Assembly: GCA_017499595.2 (NCBI GenBank)
Contig: CM039004.1
Location: forward strand, 868,001 to 932,000
Direction: 5' to 3'
Length of the DNA stretch: 64,000 nucleotides
From: Psilocybe cubensis
Taxonomy: Eukaryota
A program made the translations under genes and the position numbers. Shown one piece after another: positions 37,566 to 51,079 of the stretch (positions are counted from its first letter, which is position 1; each line of letters starts with the position of its first letter). The notes under the pieces are model-generated. The model had not been told where the DNA came from. It ran no database searches and was given only the letters and a program-made list of their open reading frames with translations.

Positions 37566-40500
37566 TCAATGCCTCCTAACTACAGCTACCTGGAAATCCC
37601 ATCCTCCCACCAAATACTTGATCTCCAGCAACCGCCTGATCTCCCGCCACCCCACAAGCCCCCCCTCCCCCTCCGTGCCCACAGCAGCCTCCTCCGCCGC
37701 CCCTAGGTCCGTCACCACATAGATAAAATCCGCCGGCGACAGCAGCGAGCGCAACAGCGATCCCATCAAGAACGCAATCAGACCCACAAACACCAGCGTA
37801 GACAGCGTATACACCCTACTACTCCTCTGCTCTTCACCGGCACCTCCCATCGTCGCCAACGCAGTCGCCGACCCACCCGCGTTGGTCTCTACCTCTGCAT
37901 TTGTCGCTGCACTACCGCCTTCCAGCGTCTCCATCTCCTTCTTCTTCTTCCCCTCCTCCTCCTCTTTCTTCTTCTCCTCACCCGCGGCTTCAGGCACCAC
38001 CGGCATCTTCACATCCGTCCCAGGAAGCACCGGCACCCGCCCCATCCCCGCCGACACTCCAAACCGCATAACAAGCGGATTCCAGAACCCCAAGAACCCA
38101 CCCGTGCCCAGCACACTCCCATCTCCACCACCACTCGCCTGCTGCACCGCCGACACCTCTCCAGCGCGCCCTTGCCCGAGCTCTGACTTTGTCTGTAATA
38201 TTCACAACCATACCCACGTCAGTCACTCTCCAATAACCCAAGAAAAGCAAAAACCCACCTCATCCCCGCCTTTCCCCTTCCCAACCTCCGAGTCCTTTCC
38301 ACCCGCTTTCCCTCTCTCCTCTCCCAACACCCCTCCCTCAACGCCACCACCACTCCCACTCCCACTCGTCGCCAACACATTCGCCAACAACTCCGCCGAC
38401 GAGGACGACGACTGACCAGCGATCAAAGGCGGCGCAGGTTGTGTAGGACTAACGAGCAAATCCCGCGCAATGCCCACAGGCACGCGCAGCTCTTCGGGTA
38501 ACATCGCCTCGTACTCGTTTGGGATCCTGTAAATGTAAACCAGTTATTAAAAATAACAAATGAATAAAAAAGTTCAAAGCATAGTAAAGAGCAAGAATAA
38601 AAGTGAAATCCAAAGATTTTGAACCAAACCACCCACCTAACAAGCACATCCTCTCCGAACCCTCCAAACCCTCCAATACCCCCAACCCCAACCTCATCCC
38701 TCACAATCATACCCAAACTCTCCTTCTCACCAAACACGCTCTGCGGTACACCATTCACCCACACCTTCTCCTTCTCTTTCTCTTTCTCCTTTGCGTGCTT
38801 GTGCGCCCTACTACTAGTGGTTTTACCACTCGTGCTCGCAGCAGCAGCAACAGAGGGAGACGAAGAGCCCTCAACGATAAAATCAACCACAAGTCCTTCA
38901 GATCGCAAAGCGCGAAGCCAAAGAGGTCTCATATCTCCTCTTCCCCCCTCTCTTCCCTCTCTTCCCTCTCCTCCTTGGTGTTCTCCTCGGTGTTCTCGTT
39001 GGTGTTCTCCATCCTCCTCCTCCTGTTCTTCTTCATGTGGCATTTCCTTCTCATCGTCCTTCCTGTCCGCGCGAGACTCTCCTCCACGCACAACCTTACC
39101 CTCCTTCCGTCCTCTCACACCACTACCCATCAACGGGTCATCCCTCTCTCTACTCCTACTCCTACTCTCCTTCCCATTCTCCTTCTCACTCCTACTCCTC
39201 TCCTCACCCTCAACACCCAACAAACCACCCTCTTCACCACCCTCATCAACATCAACCTCAACCTCAACCCTCACCAAAAACCTAACCGCCCTCTCTCCCC
39301 CACCCGCACCCGCACCCGCACCACCACCATCTACCAAACTCGACGAATGGAGGGGTGCAGGTGGGAGTGTATACACCGTCGTTACAAACGGGACGTTGAT
39401 TTGGGTTTGGCTTTGGCTTTGGAGTTGGTTTGTGGTTGCGAGGGATTGGTTTGTGGTTGCGAGGGATTGGTTTGTGGTTGCGAGTGTTCCGAGGGTTTGA
39501 TCTGCGTTCGAACCTGAAGAGGCGTTCGCATTCGCATTCGCACTCGAATTCTGCCCAGGAAGAGTAAGAGGTCCAACACCCAACGCAACCGCCTTCCCAC
39601 CTCCACCACCCCCACCCCCACCAACAGCAGCACCAACCCCCCTGCGGCGCGCACCAACAAAACATCTAAACCCATTTCTACCCACCATCCTCGAGTCCAG
39701 TACAACTTCCAATACAACCATCCTCCTCTTCTTGCTCTTCCTTTTCCTGCTCTTGCTCTCCTTCTCCGTTTCCTTATAGTTCTCTTTCTCTTTCTCGCCG
39801 GCCTTGTCCTTGTCGCTGACCTTCTCTTTCTCGCCGGCCTTGCTGATACCATTGCTCTCCTTCATCTTCATCCTGGCCACATCCGCATCCAAATCCACAA
39901 ACGTTTCCCTCTCCTTACTCTTCCCTTTCCCCACACCCAAAGACACACCAGCACCAGCACCCGAACTAATCGTCCGTCCCCTCTGCTGCTGCTGCTGCTG
40001 CTGCTGCGCTCCACCACCCGCCCAATTCGAATTCGAATTCGAAAGCGCATACGCCGACGACGACGCCGACGACGACGCACCCAACCCACCAGCACCAGAT
40101 CCAGCACCAAACCCAGATCCAAAACCACCACCCACCCCAACCCCAGCATGCACATTCCGATAACTCACACTCACACCCGCCCCAGACGACGCCGCGCGCT
40201 GTCTCATCCGCACCGGCGTCGTCATCGTCATCGTCATCGTCCGCGGGGGTGACGCTATTGGGGGCGACACCGCGTCGATGTTGCTGTGCGTATTATACCG
40301 CGACCGCGCACTCTCTCTATCTCTATCCATATCAAACACGCTCTGCCTTCCAAGCGATCGCGCGTGTAAGCCCGCCTGTAACCCCGCCTGTAAGCCCGAC
40401 CCCGACCCCGTACCAGAAGAAGAACCGACAGCAGAAGAAGACGACGAAGACGTCGTATGCGCACGCACATGCACCTGCACCTGCATATTTCGTGCTGGGG

Positions 40501-43500
40501 ATGGCGAGAGCGCTCTTGCTCTTGCCGATGCCGAGGAAGAAGTAGGGGGAGAAGAGGAAGCAGATGGGAATGGCGTCGCATCTGCACCTGCACCTGTACC
40601 CCCACCTATAGCAGGCGCAGGCGCGGGGGCTGGGGCGGGTGTAACGACCATCGAGCCAGGCATAACCTGGCCCGCTCTCGCATCATCATCATCATCATCA
40701 TCGTGATGAGCGGTAGCGGACAAAGACTGTTGAGACCGCTTGAGACTGAGACTGAGACTGCTTTTATCATTGAGCGCGAGTCGGCTAGGACGGGGTGTGA
40801 TATGTCGTCCCTGTCCATGTCCATGTGTATGCGCATCACCACCACTATCAGCATCATCACCATCACGCGCAGAAACACCCACACCACCAACACCAACAAC
40901 CGTCGAATTCGACGCCTCTCTCCTCGCATTCGGGCGTGCAGACCCACCGCGCGCCTGCCGAGGCGGTGGGAAAACCACCAACACGCTACTCATATACACC
41001 CTCTTCTCCGCGTCGAAACGCGCCTCGATCAGTACCCGGTTCTCATCGCGCCTCCGCAGCTTCCACCCTCCTCCTCCACCCGAGGATATACTGGTACCAA
41101 CGCCCCCCGCATCCTCCCCACCCCCAGCCGTCTCCGACGCGCTTGCCCCACCAACACCAACACCATGCCTATCACTCACCACCACGCCGGACGCCGGCAC
41201 CCTCATAACCGGCACACTCGCGCGCGCCGCATCCCTCCTCACATACGCCTCAAGCGCCCCCACCCCGCGCGCCATCGCCGCATTGATCATCGCATTCACC
41301 GCAGCCGGAACCGACCCCGCAAAGTCCACCGCGACAAGCCGCGTGCACCGCGCGGACGGGATCGCGTATTTCTCCCTTGTGTATGGATCGAGCGTCTCGA
41401 GCACCCATGCGTCGATGTATGCGCGTCCGAGGGGGAGTGTGTGGGGGTTGTATTTTGCCGTGGAGAAGGAGGAGGAGGAGGAGGAGATGCGTTCGGGGCT
41501 GTATGAGGCGGAGACGCAGAAGATCGCGTTGCGCGCTGTGCTGGGCGACTGGTCCGCGACGTCCGCTGACGCGGTGCGTCGTACACCCGGAGCGGACGCG
41601 GACGCGGACGATGCAGACGAAGACGAAGAAGACGAAGACGCGGACAAGGACGTGTACGACGCGCCGTGCTCGCGCGCCATCACACTTGCGAGGTAGAACC
41701 CGCGATCGCGGAACGGGAACCAGCCCTTCGCAACGACGAACGCAGTGCGCGCGTTCGCGCCGTACGACTCGAGCACGCGCGCCGAGTCGTGCCGCTCGTC
41801 CCACGCCTTCCTGCTGTCCAGCTCAGTGATAACCGCCGCGAGCTCTTCGGCCGACACACCCTCGATGACCTTGAACCCTTTGTGCACGGGGATGAAGGGC
41901 GAGATCTCGGGCATCAGCTTCTTCTGCACGATCATGCCCTTGTCGCTCACGAGCGTCCATCCGTCCGGCAGCTGCGGCTGCGAGTGGAACTGCTGCGTCC
42001 ACGCCAAGGCTTCGAGAGCGTACTGCATAGGCGGCTTTGCAGGATCGAGCGTTGACGGGCCGCCAGCAGCGTTCGCCGGCGAGATGGCCGCGACGGCTTG
42101 CTGCGTCGTGGCTGTCGCCTGGTCGACGTAGTACGTGAAGAACCTTGCAAGCGGACTCGAGATTTTCGGCGCAGACGCCCATGAGCTCGTCGACGCAGTG
42201 TTCTCCTCCGCTTTCGTCTCAGTCTCCGCGCCAGTCCACTCTGCCTTTCGCCTCCTGACCACGCTCATCACCGGTGGCTGATCTAACGGTATCCGTGGCG
42301 GCTTGACGCGTTTCTGTCTCGTCAGTGACTTGATCTCGTGCTCCGGCAGCTCTTCCACGTCAACCTGGATCCTGCTGCCATTCACCATCACCAGGCCCTT
42401 CTCCTTCCCTGGCGCTCTCCGCACAAGCGCCAACAGCCTCTCATCGTCCACAAATATGGAATCATGCGTCAGCGTCAGCCACAGGCCACCTCCTTCCGCG
42501 CTTAACCGATGCCGTCGAAGACACGTAATATTCTGAGGAGGGGGGTCGACCACAATATCAAGCGAGGCACCCCAAGTGTCAATATCGCATCGAATCTCGC
42601 ACTCGATCGCCGGAAACCCGCCCTCGTCTTGTCCACTTGTGCCATTCTGCGGAGCAGCTGCTGCAGAGCTCGTGGACCTTCTGCTGGCAGAAGGCTCGTA
42701 TTCCACCTTGAACATGCCCCGCTCGTGGTCATACCGGATCTCATTGGCCTTCGACCCTGCGAGGCGAGTCACAAACGGCGGTCCGCCGCACTTGATTGCA
42801 AATTCGCCTATGCCTGCGAGTGTGTTGATCATCTGCGTGGGTATTGAGGTTTTGTTTGTCCACCCTTTCGGGTCGGACTGCTCAAGCAGGGTGAGAAGGG
42901 TGGTTGTGGGTGACAGCGCTTCAATAGCCCAACCCTGAAGGTCCACTTGGGTGCGGATGACATTTGGTTCAACGGGCGGGATGTGCGGGAAGAGCTGCGG
43001 GTCGTCGGCTGAGAATGAAAAGACGTGGATGGTGGAAGGAGATTTGTAAACCGTCTTAAGAACGACTGCGTCTCGTCCACTATATATAAAATGATTTCAT
43101 GTTATTTCCAGTGATCTGATAGATTTTTCTTTTAAAGTTAAAACGACAACGTACTTCACGGGCCATGCTGGCTTTGTCTTGAAATGCCAGAGTTCTGTGA
43201 GCTCATTAACGTCTTCTAGCAATCTGCCATCTTCGTGTTGCTTGTCCCAGTATATTCGTGCTCCAGGTGAAACAACAGCGCCATAAAGATCCCATAAACC
43301 CACACCAACAAATGTCGCCTCGGCTCGATACACAACCAATGTAGGATCAATGGAATCCAACTGGGTAATCGAAACACCTCTAGCCTCAGTAGCTTTTGGA
43401 AATCAACTTTCATATACCCACAGTTAGAAAAGGATAAATACATACTGCGTTTCCATTTAGCCTCGGGTTCCTGCAACAAAGATGAGAAATAGATGTAATT

Positions 43501-45071
43501 TCTCCTAACTTTAGACAGTATTGATTTCTCAGCAGCTGGTGTGCGTTCGGGGTGGGGCCGCATGGGTTGCCCATTTGACGACGATGCGCCGCTGCTGACG
43601 GTTCCAAATGATGATGATGTCTGTATACTGAGATCAACTGCGCTGGCGACGTCCTGGAGCATCTTCTGGGGTATGGTATACGATGTTGGATCACGCTCCT
43701 CGAGGTCATGTATTTTTGTCGCCAGACCGTTCAATCTCAACCCACGTGTTCCTCCTGAGACTTCGATAACAACTTTCACTTTGAGGACGGCATCATCATC
43801 TGTCAAGGCTCCATGTGTGAGGCGTAGGATGACTTGATCTGGCGTTGAAGATGTGAGTGGGTTGGAGCTGCTGCGCGTCGCATGAGCCGACCATGGCAGC
43901 CGTTCCACTTCTTCCGAGGAACCTTTCATTGTCACCTGGACATCCCATCCTGCCAACGAAGGGAGTACACACTCAATGGACCTCGTCAATCTGCGATGCT
44001 CTCGTAATGCATGCACTTCGTCCATTCCTTGCAGACCAAGTTCATGATGCTCCTCGTCGTCGGGAATGATGGCATAGTCAATCGTCAGAGCTTCTCGGTC
44101 GTTTTGATACCGCACACGTTCGACCGAAACACCATTCCCGTATCCTACTAGATTGGGAACGCGGCCTCCACGTTTCATCACAGTCTTCAACAGACTGAGA
44201 GTCATCGTTGCCAACTGTTGAGTCAGCGCCGCCGTTGATGTACCAAAACCCCAGAGAGCTTTGAGATCATGTTGCCAAAAACACGTCAATCGTATTCTTC
44301 CTGGTGAACCTGATTTCTTATCGTTTGGAGAGGTGGGAGGTATAGGTTGGATATGTTGTATACACCAGGAGAATACTAGCACAAGTTTAAATTCGAAGTT
44401 AGATGTTAAGAGGATAAGCTACGCACGTTGGACATTGGATCTAACATAAGGAGGGGATGGGCGGAGGTAGGCGGGCTCATCTGGGGATCGTGGAAGGGAT
44501 GTGGATATATCAATTAGAGTAGTGGCGTCATAGAAAGCGCGGGAGATTGTCACAGAGTCGCGTGGGCTGAATACAAGAAATCAGATATGCATAATCAGTA
44601 TGAACAAGCAACGCACTTCGCAGGCCAACCGAGAGTATAGTTTGTCTTGGATATTCGAGTGCTGCGGTCGAATAGCTCTATCAAGTGAGCCTCTTCCACA
44701 GCTGGGTCCCATTCCTGCCTAAGTTCCGGTGTCGTGAGAACAGCCTTCCAAGGTTCTAGGGATACATGCTCCTCGCCAGTGGGAACATCCAGCACCATCC
44801 TATAGACATCCTCCCCAGACTTCGTTGAGTTTCGATGCACCACAACATCTCCAAGCTCGGGAATAGATGTTGCCCTCGCCTTTCCCTTTTGTTTCGCGGG
44901 AGATGAATCTGTGGAATGCGTAAGTCGCTTCCATTCGGTTGGAGGAGATGTCAGTAGCTGGCGAAACTGCGCCTCCGCATCATTCAGTGCTGAATACCAC
45001 GACTGCCTCAAACTAACAAATAAATAAATAAGAGATTTTATAGATTTAGACAGAACCTTACCGTGAGCCAT
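37566..45071 (-). CDS. Large lipid-binding protein with three START-like domains, long low-complexity insert and C-terminal TM anchor
   Basis: Three START-type signatures: LRQEWDPAVEE..LGWPA/PRD, RIYWDKQHEDG..PAWPV/GRD and RKAWDERHDS..WFPFRDR. TM LSTLVFVGLIAFLMGSLLRSLL near the C-terminus. Confidence 0.8.
39425..39483 (-). repeat. In-frame 21-nt tandem repeat (LATTNQS, ~3 copies) inside the START gene
   Basis: ttggtttgtggttgcgaggga repeated. Confidence 0.85.
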
Positions 45072-45429
45072 CTGACATACTGACCGTAGGCCAAGTTACT
45101 AGAAAACCAAGGACGTGGAGAAAGCGCAGAACTTTGGGGCTAAGGCCATGACCCGAGAGGCGCGTTTCTGGGGTCACGAGGCGGCGTGATGTCTGGTCCA
45201 AAACATACCATTTCGGGAAGTATGACTCAATGACCGGGCCGGCTGTCTAAATGAAATCAATTTTACCAATCCTCAAGCTCTGACTTCTCATCTCTTCTCA
45301 AGCACGTCCGAATTACAGTATCAGGCCACCAATAGCTCTTGATCGAGCTCGTCATAAATACCCCATCTCTTCGCTTGAAGCTGCATCGCAGATTCCCACT
45401 GCGCTACCCCTTACCGTTTACGAACTTCA

Positions 45430-46795
45430 ATGGCCAATAACCTGGAGAGAGTACTCAGCATACAGTCCCATGTCGTCTTTGGATATGTCGGAGGAAAGGC
45501 AGCTGTATTCCCTCTGCAGTGTTTAGGATATGATGTTGATGTACGCTTTCCTATCTTTTGTAATTGAAATTGCAACTGAGCTATATGGGTTCAAGGTAGT
45601 GAACACTGTAAACTTCTCGAATCATTCAGGTGCGTTATCCATTCACTTATCCTGATTTTCATTCTTATCAGTTTATCTACAGGCTATGGTCGTTCCGGAG
45701 GAACGAAAACCACAGCAGCTGAACTGAACTCTATGTTTGAGATCATGGAGCATAATGAATTGCTCAGGCCCACACGCCTTTTGACAGGTAACGTAATTGT
45801 ATACAAGCAATGGTCTTGAAATCTGACCTTTTCTCTATCCAAGGTTATATACCCGGTGCTGAAGCTCTTTCAGCTGTGGAGAAACTGGCTAAAAAGCTTA
45901 AGCATTCCAAACCCAGCCTTATATACCTTCTAGATCGTATGTCCAACTTCCATTCGATAACCAAACAGATGTTGATACCTTGTGGCAGCCGTAATGGGTG
46001 ACGCAGGTCGTCTGTACGTTGCTGCTGATGTCATCCCAGTATACCAGGAAATGCTACCACTAGCAACGATAATCACCCCTAACTGGTTTGAAGTCGAGTA
46101 CGTCTAGAGATTTATTATCACCCAGATATTTTAATTCAGCCACATACAGGTTACTTACTGGAGTGGAACTGAAAGATATGCCATCCTTACACCGCGCGCT
46201 AGACATTCTTCACAAAGATTACCACGTCCCAAACGTTGTGATAAGCTCGATACCCCTGAAGTCCTGGCTAGCTGCTGCCCTTCCGTCAACAATCCTTCCA
46301 CCCTCTTCCACATCATCGTCACATCTCCTTTGTATATCATCTTCATTACACATTCCCTCGGCCGCGGATACACATATCCTTCATACCTCCGCCTCACCAC
46401 GATCCACTGTACACGCCCAATGCGTGCCTCTCATCCCTGGTTACTTCTCTGGGGTCGGCGATCTCTTCTCTGCACTCCTGCTCGCCCATTTCCACCCAGA
46501 CAACACACCAGAGAATCTCAACGCAACCTGTCTTTCCGAAGCTGTGTCTCAGGCACTGACGAAGACTCATGCTATTCTCCTGATGACCCAGGGTCAATCA
46601 GAGGGCCTGCCTGAAGAGGAAAGACAACCCACTGATGACGAACTGGATAAAGAAGATCCACTGAGGAAAACACGGCGGATGCGTGGACGCGAGCTCGCTT
46701 TGGTGAAAGGACAAGACTTAATCAGAGGCAGTGGAATATCCCATGTGCGCGAGATGATGCTATGGGACGGTTTCTGGGACGGTGCATCATCTTAG
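45430..46795 (+). CDS. BUD16: Pyridoxal kinase (PfkB/ribokinase family), multi-exon
   Basis: [74 protein letters not shown]. Confidence 0.92.
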
Positions 46796-47027
46796 AGTGG
46801 CATAATATCAATTCGTCGCATGGAGGTAGACTTAGAATACCAGTTTTATATCTGCTAATCTACAACATATGATATCTTAGAATCATACAGACAATTTGTA
46901 CTTACACGGAAACAATACTTCATTTTGATATGAAAAGAACCTCCCATTCATAATCCAAGAGTGGTATGTATTTCCAGATATTAAAAGTGGATAGCCCGAT
47001 TGTACAAAGTCCACCGACAAAATCCGT

Positions 47028-48623
47028 TTAACTTTCACCGCGTCCAAGCTTGTCCAGAGACCTGATTCCCTGTTCAAACCACTCTTCTCTCGAAATCCAG
47101 AAATCTTCACGATTTTTCATGATATCCGCAAGCACAGCACCACCTAGGAACACCATGTGCTTTCGGCGTGGTGGATCTTCGATTTTGATCTTGAATTTCT
47201 GGATGGAAAAAACAAGAATGTGAGTAACAGAAATCATTTATCAAGACAGGGAGATACGTACGTTTAGACGAGATGGATCGCCATTCAGAAGTCGTGTCAA
47301 GTGCAGCTGCTTGATCTCCTTTTCCAGTCTACTGGGCAAACCAGGATACATACTTGATCCTCCAGACAGAACAATATGTTTATACAAATCGGCACGGATA
47401 TCAACAGCCGCTGCTTGAATAGTTTGGAAGAGCATCTCTAGAAGCGTAGATACAAAATCAGAGCGATTTCTCCGGACCATAGACCACAATGACTTACCTG
47501 CTACTCCTGGTTGTTCGACATCAACGAGATGTGGTTGGAACATACATTCTGGAGCTTCGTAACGCTCCGAGCCGACTTTGATTGTTCGGCCGTCAGGAAG
47601 CTGAGAAGGTGTTGAACGAGGTTCCGCGGGCAAATTGGAATCATCTGAATCTTACAGTATAACTCTCAACAAGGACTGTGGTCTCTTCAGCTAGTCTTTT
47701 GTCGAGTTCAAGGTCATAACTGTTGCAGGGCATGATTAAGTGACCTCATCCATGTAGTTGCACGAAATCCATACCTAACGTAGCACAACTTCTCCTTGAT
47801 CTCTCGCACTGTCTCGAAATCGGCTGTACGGTTGAATGCGTATCCCCTCATCAACAGCAACTTGATCAGGTATCGCGTTACATCTCGGCCGGCGATGTCG
47901 AGTCGACGAGTAAGATGAGGCAAAGCGAAGCCATCATACACGGGCACAATATGTGTTACACCGTCTCCAGAATCGACAACGACTCCCGTGGTGAGACCTT
48001 CGCGAGATTCATCTTGGTAGAACAGAAAAGATGGTGGTCATAGAACTCACCTTGTGCATACAGTGTCAACACGGCCTGAATAGCAACATATACCCCTTGG
48101 AACCCATACTCTTCGAACATGACCTGGCACATCCTCTGCCTGTTGACCTTAGGGTTCATCGGGGGCTCCGTCAACAGAACCTTCTTGCCATTTGGATTAA
48201 TCTTGAGCTTTTCATCGAAAGTATAGTCCCAAAGATGCTTCATATCTTCCCAGTTCTTGACAATTCCATGTTCCATGGGCTGTGTCACTTGCAGATAGTT
48301 GCGGTTATCCGCAGCCTCGTCTCCAACCATGATGTCCTTAATGATCGCAGATCCAACTCGCTCCTCCGCGCGCAATATGGGACGCCCAACGACCGAAGGG
48401 AAGACTGGCAACATTTATATCAAGATACTGACATAAATCATGGCGCACCCAAAGAGAATGCGCACCATGTTCAGGGAAGTTGGATCCAGCGTAGCCAACT
48501 TTCACGAACTGCGCGTCGAGAATGAGGGGTGCATTATCAGATCGAAGTGTACATGTATAGCAACCATAAGCAGAAACTTACACCGGTACCGTTATCCACC
48601 ACCAAAGGGAGATCTGAATCCAT
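47028..48623 (-). CDS. ARP2: Actin-related protein 2 (Arp2/3 complex), multi-exon
   Basis: [88 protein letters not shown]. Confidence 0.96.
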
Positions 48624-49160
48624 TGGGGAAATCCTATAGGCGGTCAAAACAAAAGTTCAGGAGTAGCAGTAGAGCGTATTATCGAGGCCCACCCGCGCCT
48701 GTCCCTATGATGCTGTGTGTCTTGCTTTGGCTACGCCATTATTAATCGGAGTTATATCTGAGCATAGCGGCATTTCGGCAACTACTCGAACTTCAATTTT
48801 TTCAATGCTGTTGACTCTAAGTCAGAAGTGTGTAGCGAATATCCAACGCAATCGTTCCAATGTTTAAAAGGAGGCCAATTATAATTATCAGCTCTTATGT
48901 CTAGTATCACCCCTCGATCGCTCTGACAATTAGATATTCGATTCCATTAATGCTAGTACAAGGCGATCCATTTCGGATATTGATAGTACACTGGATCAGG
49001 AAGATTTTCCTGGTAATAGTAGCTTAATAATTACAGGAGTATGGGAGTACAATACTCATTTCACGAATGAAATTACTTCACCCTTTAGTTGTAAACAAAG
49101 TTCATATAGTAAAGTCCTCCAATGCTTGTATGAGAGGTATAGATCTCATAAACGGCGTCT

Positions 49161-51079
49161 TCACCGTTTAGTTGGAGCTACAAATGCATGGAAGTGTCTT
49201 CCACGATGAATGGGAACAAAATACTCGCGAAAGCTGATGTTGTCGATTCTAGACCATTACTATCAGAACAATACGACGGGTAGTATCTTATTGTGTCAAT
49301 GTACTCACGAGGGACTATCCGGAGTAAGGTCTAGTTTTCTGAAAACGGTGCCAATGATGAGATAAAGCTCACACCACGCAAGGCTGGTGTCCAAGTGTAT
49401 TAGATAAATGAGCATAACAGATTATTAAATGACGTACTTTATCCCCAGGCAGCTTCTAGGACCCTTGGAAAAGGCGACAAGATATTTCTCAAGCTCGGCG
49501 GATTCATCTTTAAGCCACCTTTCTGGGATAAACGTGAGAGGATTTGGAAAGATTTCCGCATTCCTGTGCAAAATTGGCGCTGCCATCGATACAACCGTCT
49601 ATCGCAGAGTCCAGAGCGTCGCAATCAGCAAAACGTTTAGCACATAATAAGGCACTCACCCCCGCGGGAATAACTTCGCCAGATATAACAGCATCCGCCG
49701 GTCCGACAATACGAGGAAGGGGAGAAACAACGCCATGGGCCATTCTCAATGATTCTTTTATGACAGCGGTCTGTCAGAAGAGAGATTAGCACGGTACATC
49801 GGTGCTTACTTGGAGCAGGCACAAAAAAAAATGACATACAAGATATGGTAATCGCTCCAGGGTCTCATAGCTGGCCGGCATCTCCTTGTCAGGCCATGCT
49901 TCCAGGAGACTCTGGAAGAGTTTCCGATGGACGTGAGGACTGCTGAGTATGTAATATGCGGCAACCGTACATGTGTTACCGACGGTGTCACTCCCCGCAA
50001 ATCGTAGGTAGAGCCCCTCGTCCAAAAGCCAGTCTCGATGAACCGGTGGCATACGCTCGTTGTCGGGTTGCGGAGTAATGAAATGGTGATAAATAGTTTC
50101 ATGATCAGCACTGTGAAGAGACGTTGGGTCCTTCAAAATCTGGTCAATTTGTGATCCCATTTGCCGCCTCTGCTCAAGTATTCCTGTTGTACTTGGCTTG
50201 AGGACAGAAGCAAAGCACTCCGGAACACCTAATAAGATGCGTTTCACTAAGGGGAAATGTTTGAAGACCCATATCATTGGAAGAGTCTGGTCGATAGCAG
50301 ATAATATTTCGTTTTGGAAGTTTCTGGAATCCAAAGCATTGGAAGATCGGGCGAAGCAATATGATGTGATGACTTCCAAGCTTGTGGCTCGAAAAGCTAG
50401 ATCAAGGTTGGCGGATTGTTTGCGTGGGGTGTATTCGAGAAGGCGCGACACCAGCAAATCGATCTATACATCATCAATATAATCTATTAAAAGATAGCGT
50501 CAATGAAGCAAGGACGTACTTTTTCTTGCACTGTTTTCTCTAAATTTAGAATCGCTCGCCTCGAGAAGAAGGGGCCGATTAGGTTCCTTCGCTGCATGAC
50601 CTCGTGATGGTCAACCATAGCGAAAACCGATTTGTCGGTGGAGAAGCAGCTATACATTTCGGGTTGCTTAATATGGCGGGTGCCTATACCATATATCTCA
50701 TTATATGCTCGAGGATGGCTGAAATGAAGCTTAGGATAAAAATAAGCGCCGGTGATCAGACGATGTCAGATATAGAACGAACCTCGTTTGGTCCGATTCT
50801 GATTATCTTTCCTGATGTACGATCTCGGTAGAGGTTCAAGTATAAGGAATGCGAATACTTACCATACTTGCTGTGAAGGTATTCTAGGTGCTCAGACCAT
50901 CCACCGTCCTTCACAATGTCATAGTAGGCTCGGTACCACGAAGTTAGGGCGGCCAGGACGGGACCAGGATACTTCGATAAAGGGTGGTAATGGAGGCGCT
51001 TAATTGCATAATAAGCAGTGAGCGCAACTAGCGCAACAAATGCAACATCAGAGAGTATATTGATATGTAAAGTGAACAT
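49161..51079 (-). CDS. Cytochrome P450, multi-exon
   Basis: N-terminal TM plus HPLSKYPGP; IRIGPNE; I-helix FAGSDTVG; ESLR; FIPERW; heme motif FSKGPRSCLG; TGA at 49163-49161. Confidence 0.93.

Noticed and set aside
38603-41829. Several 150-350 aa + strand ORFs
   Set aside because: Antisense shadows of the low-complexity, GC-rich START exon; no domain motifs.
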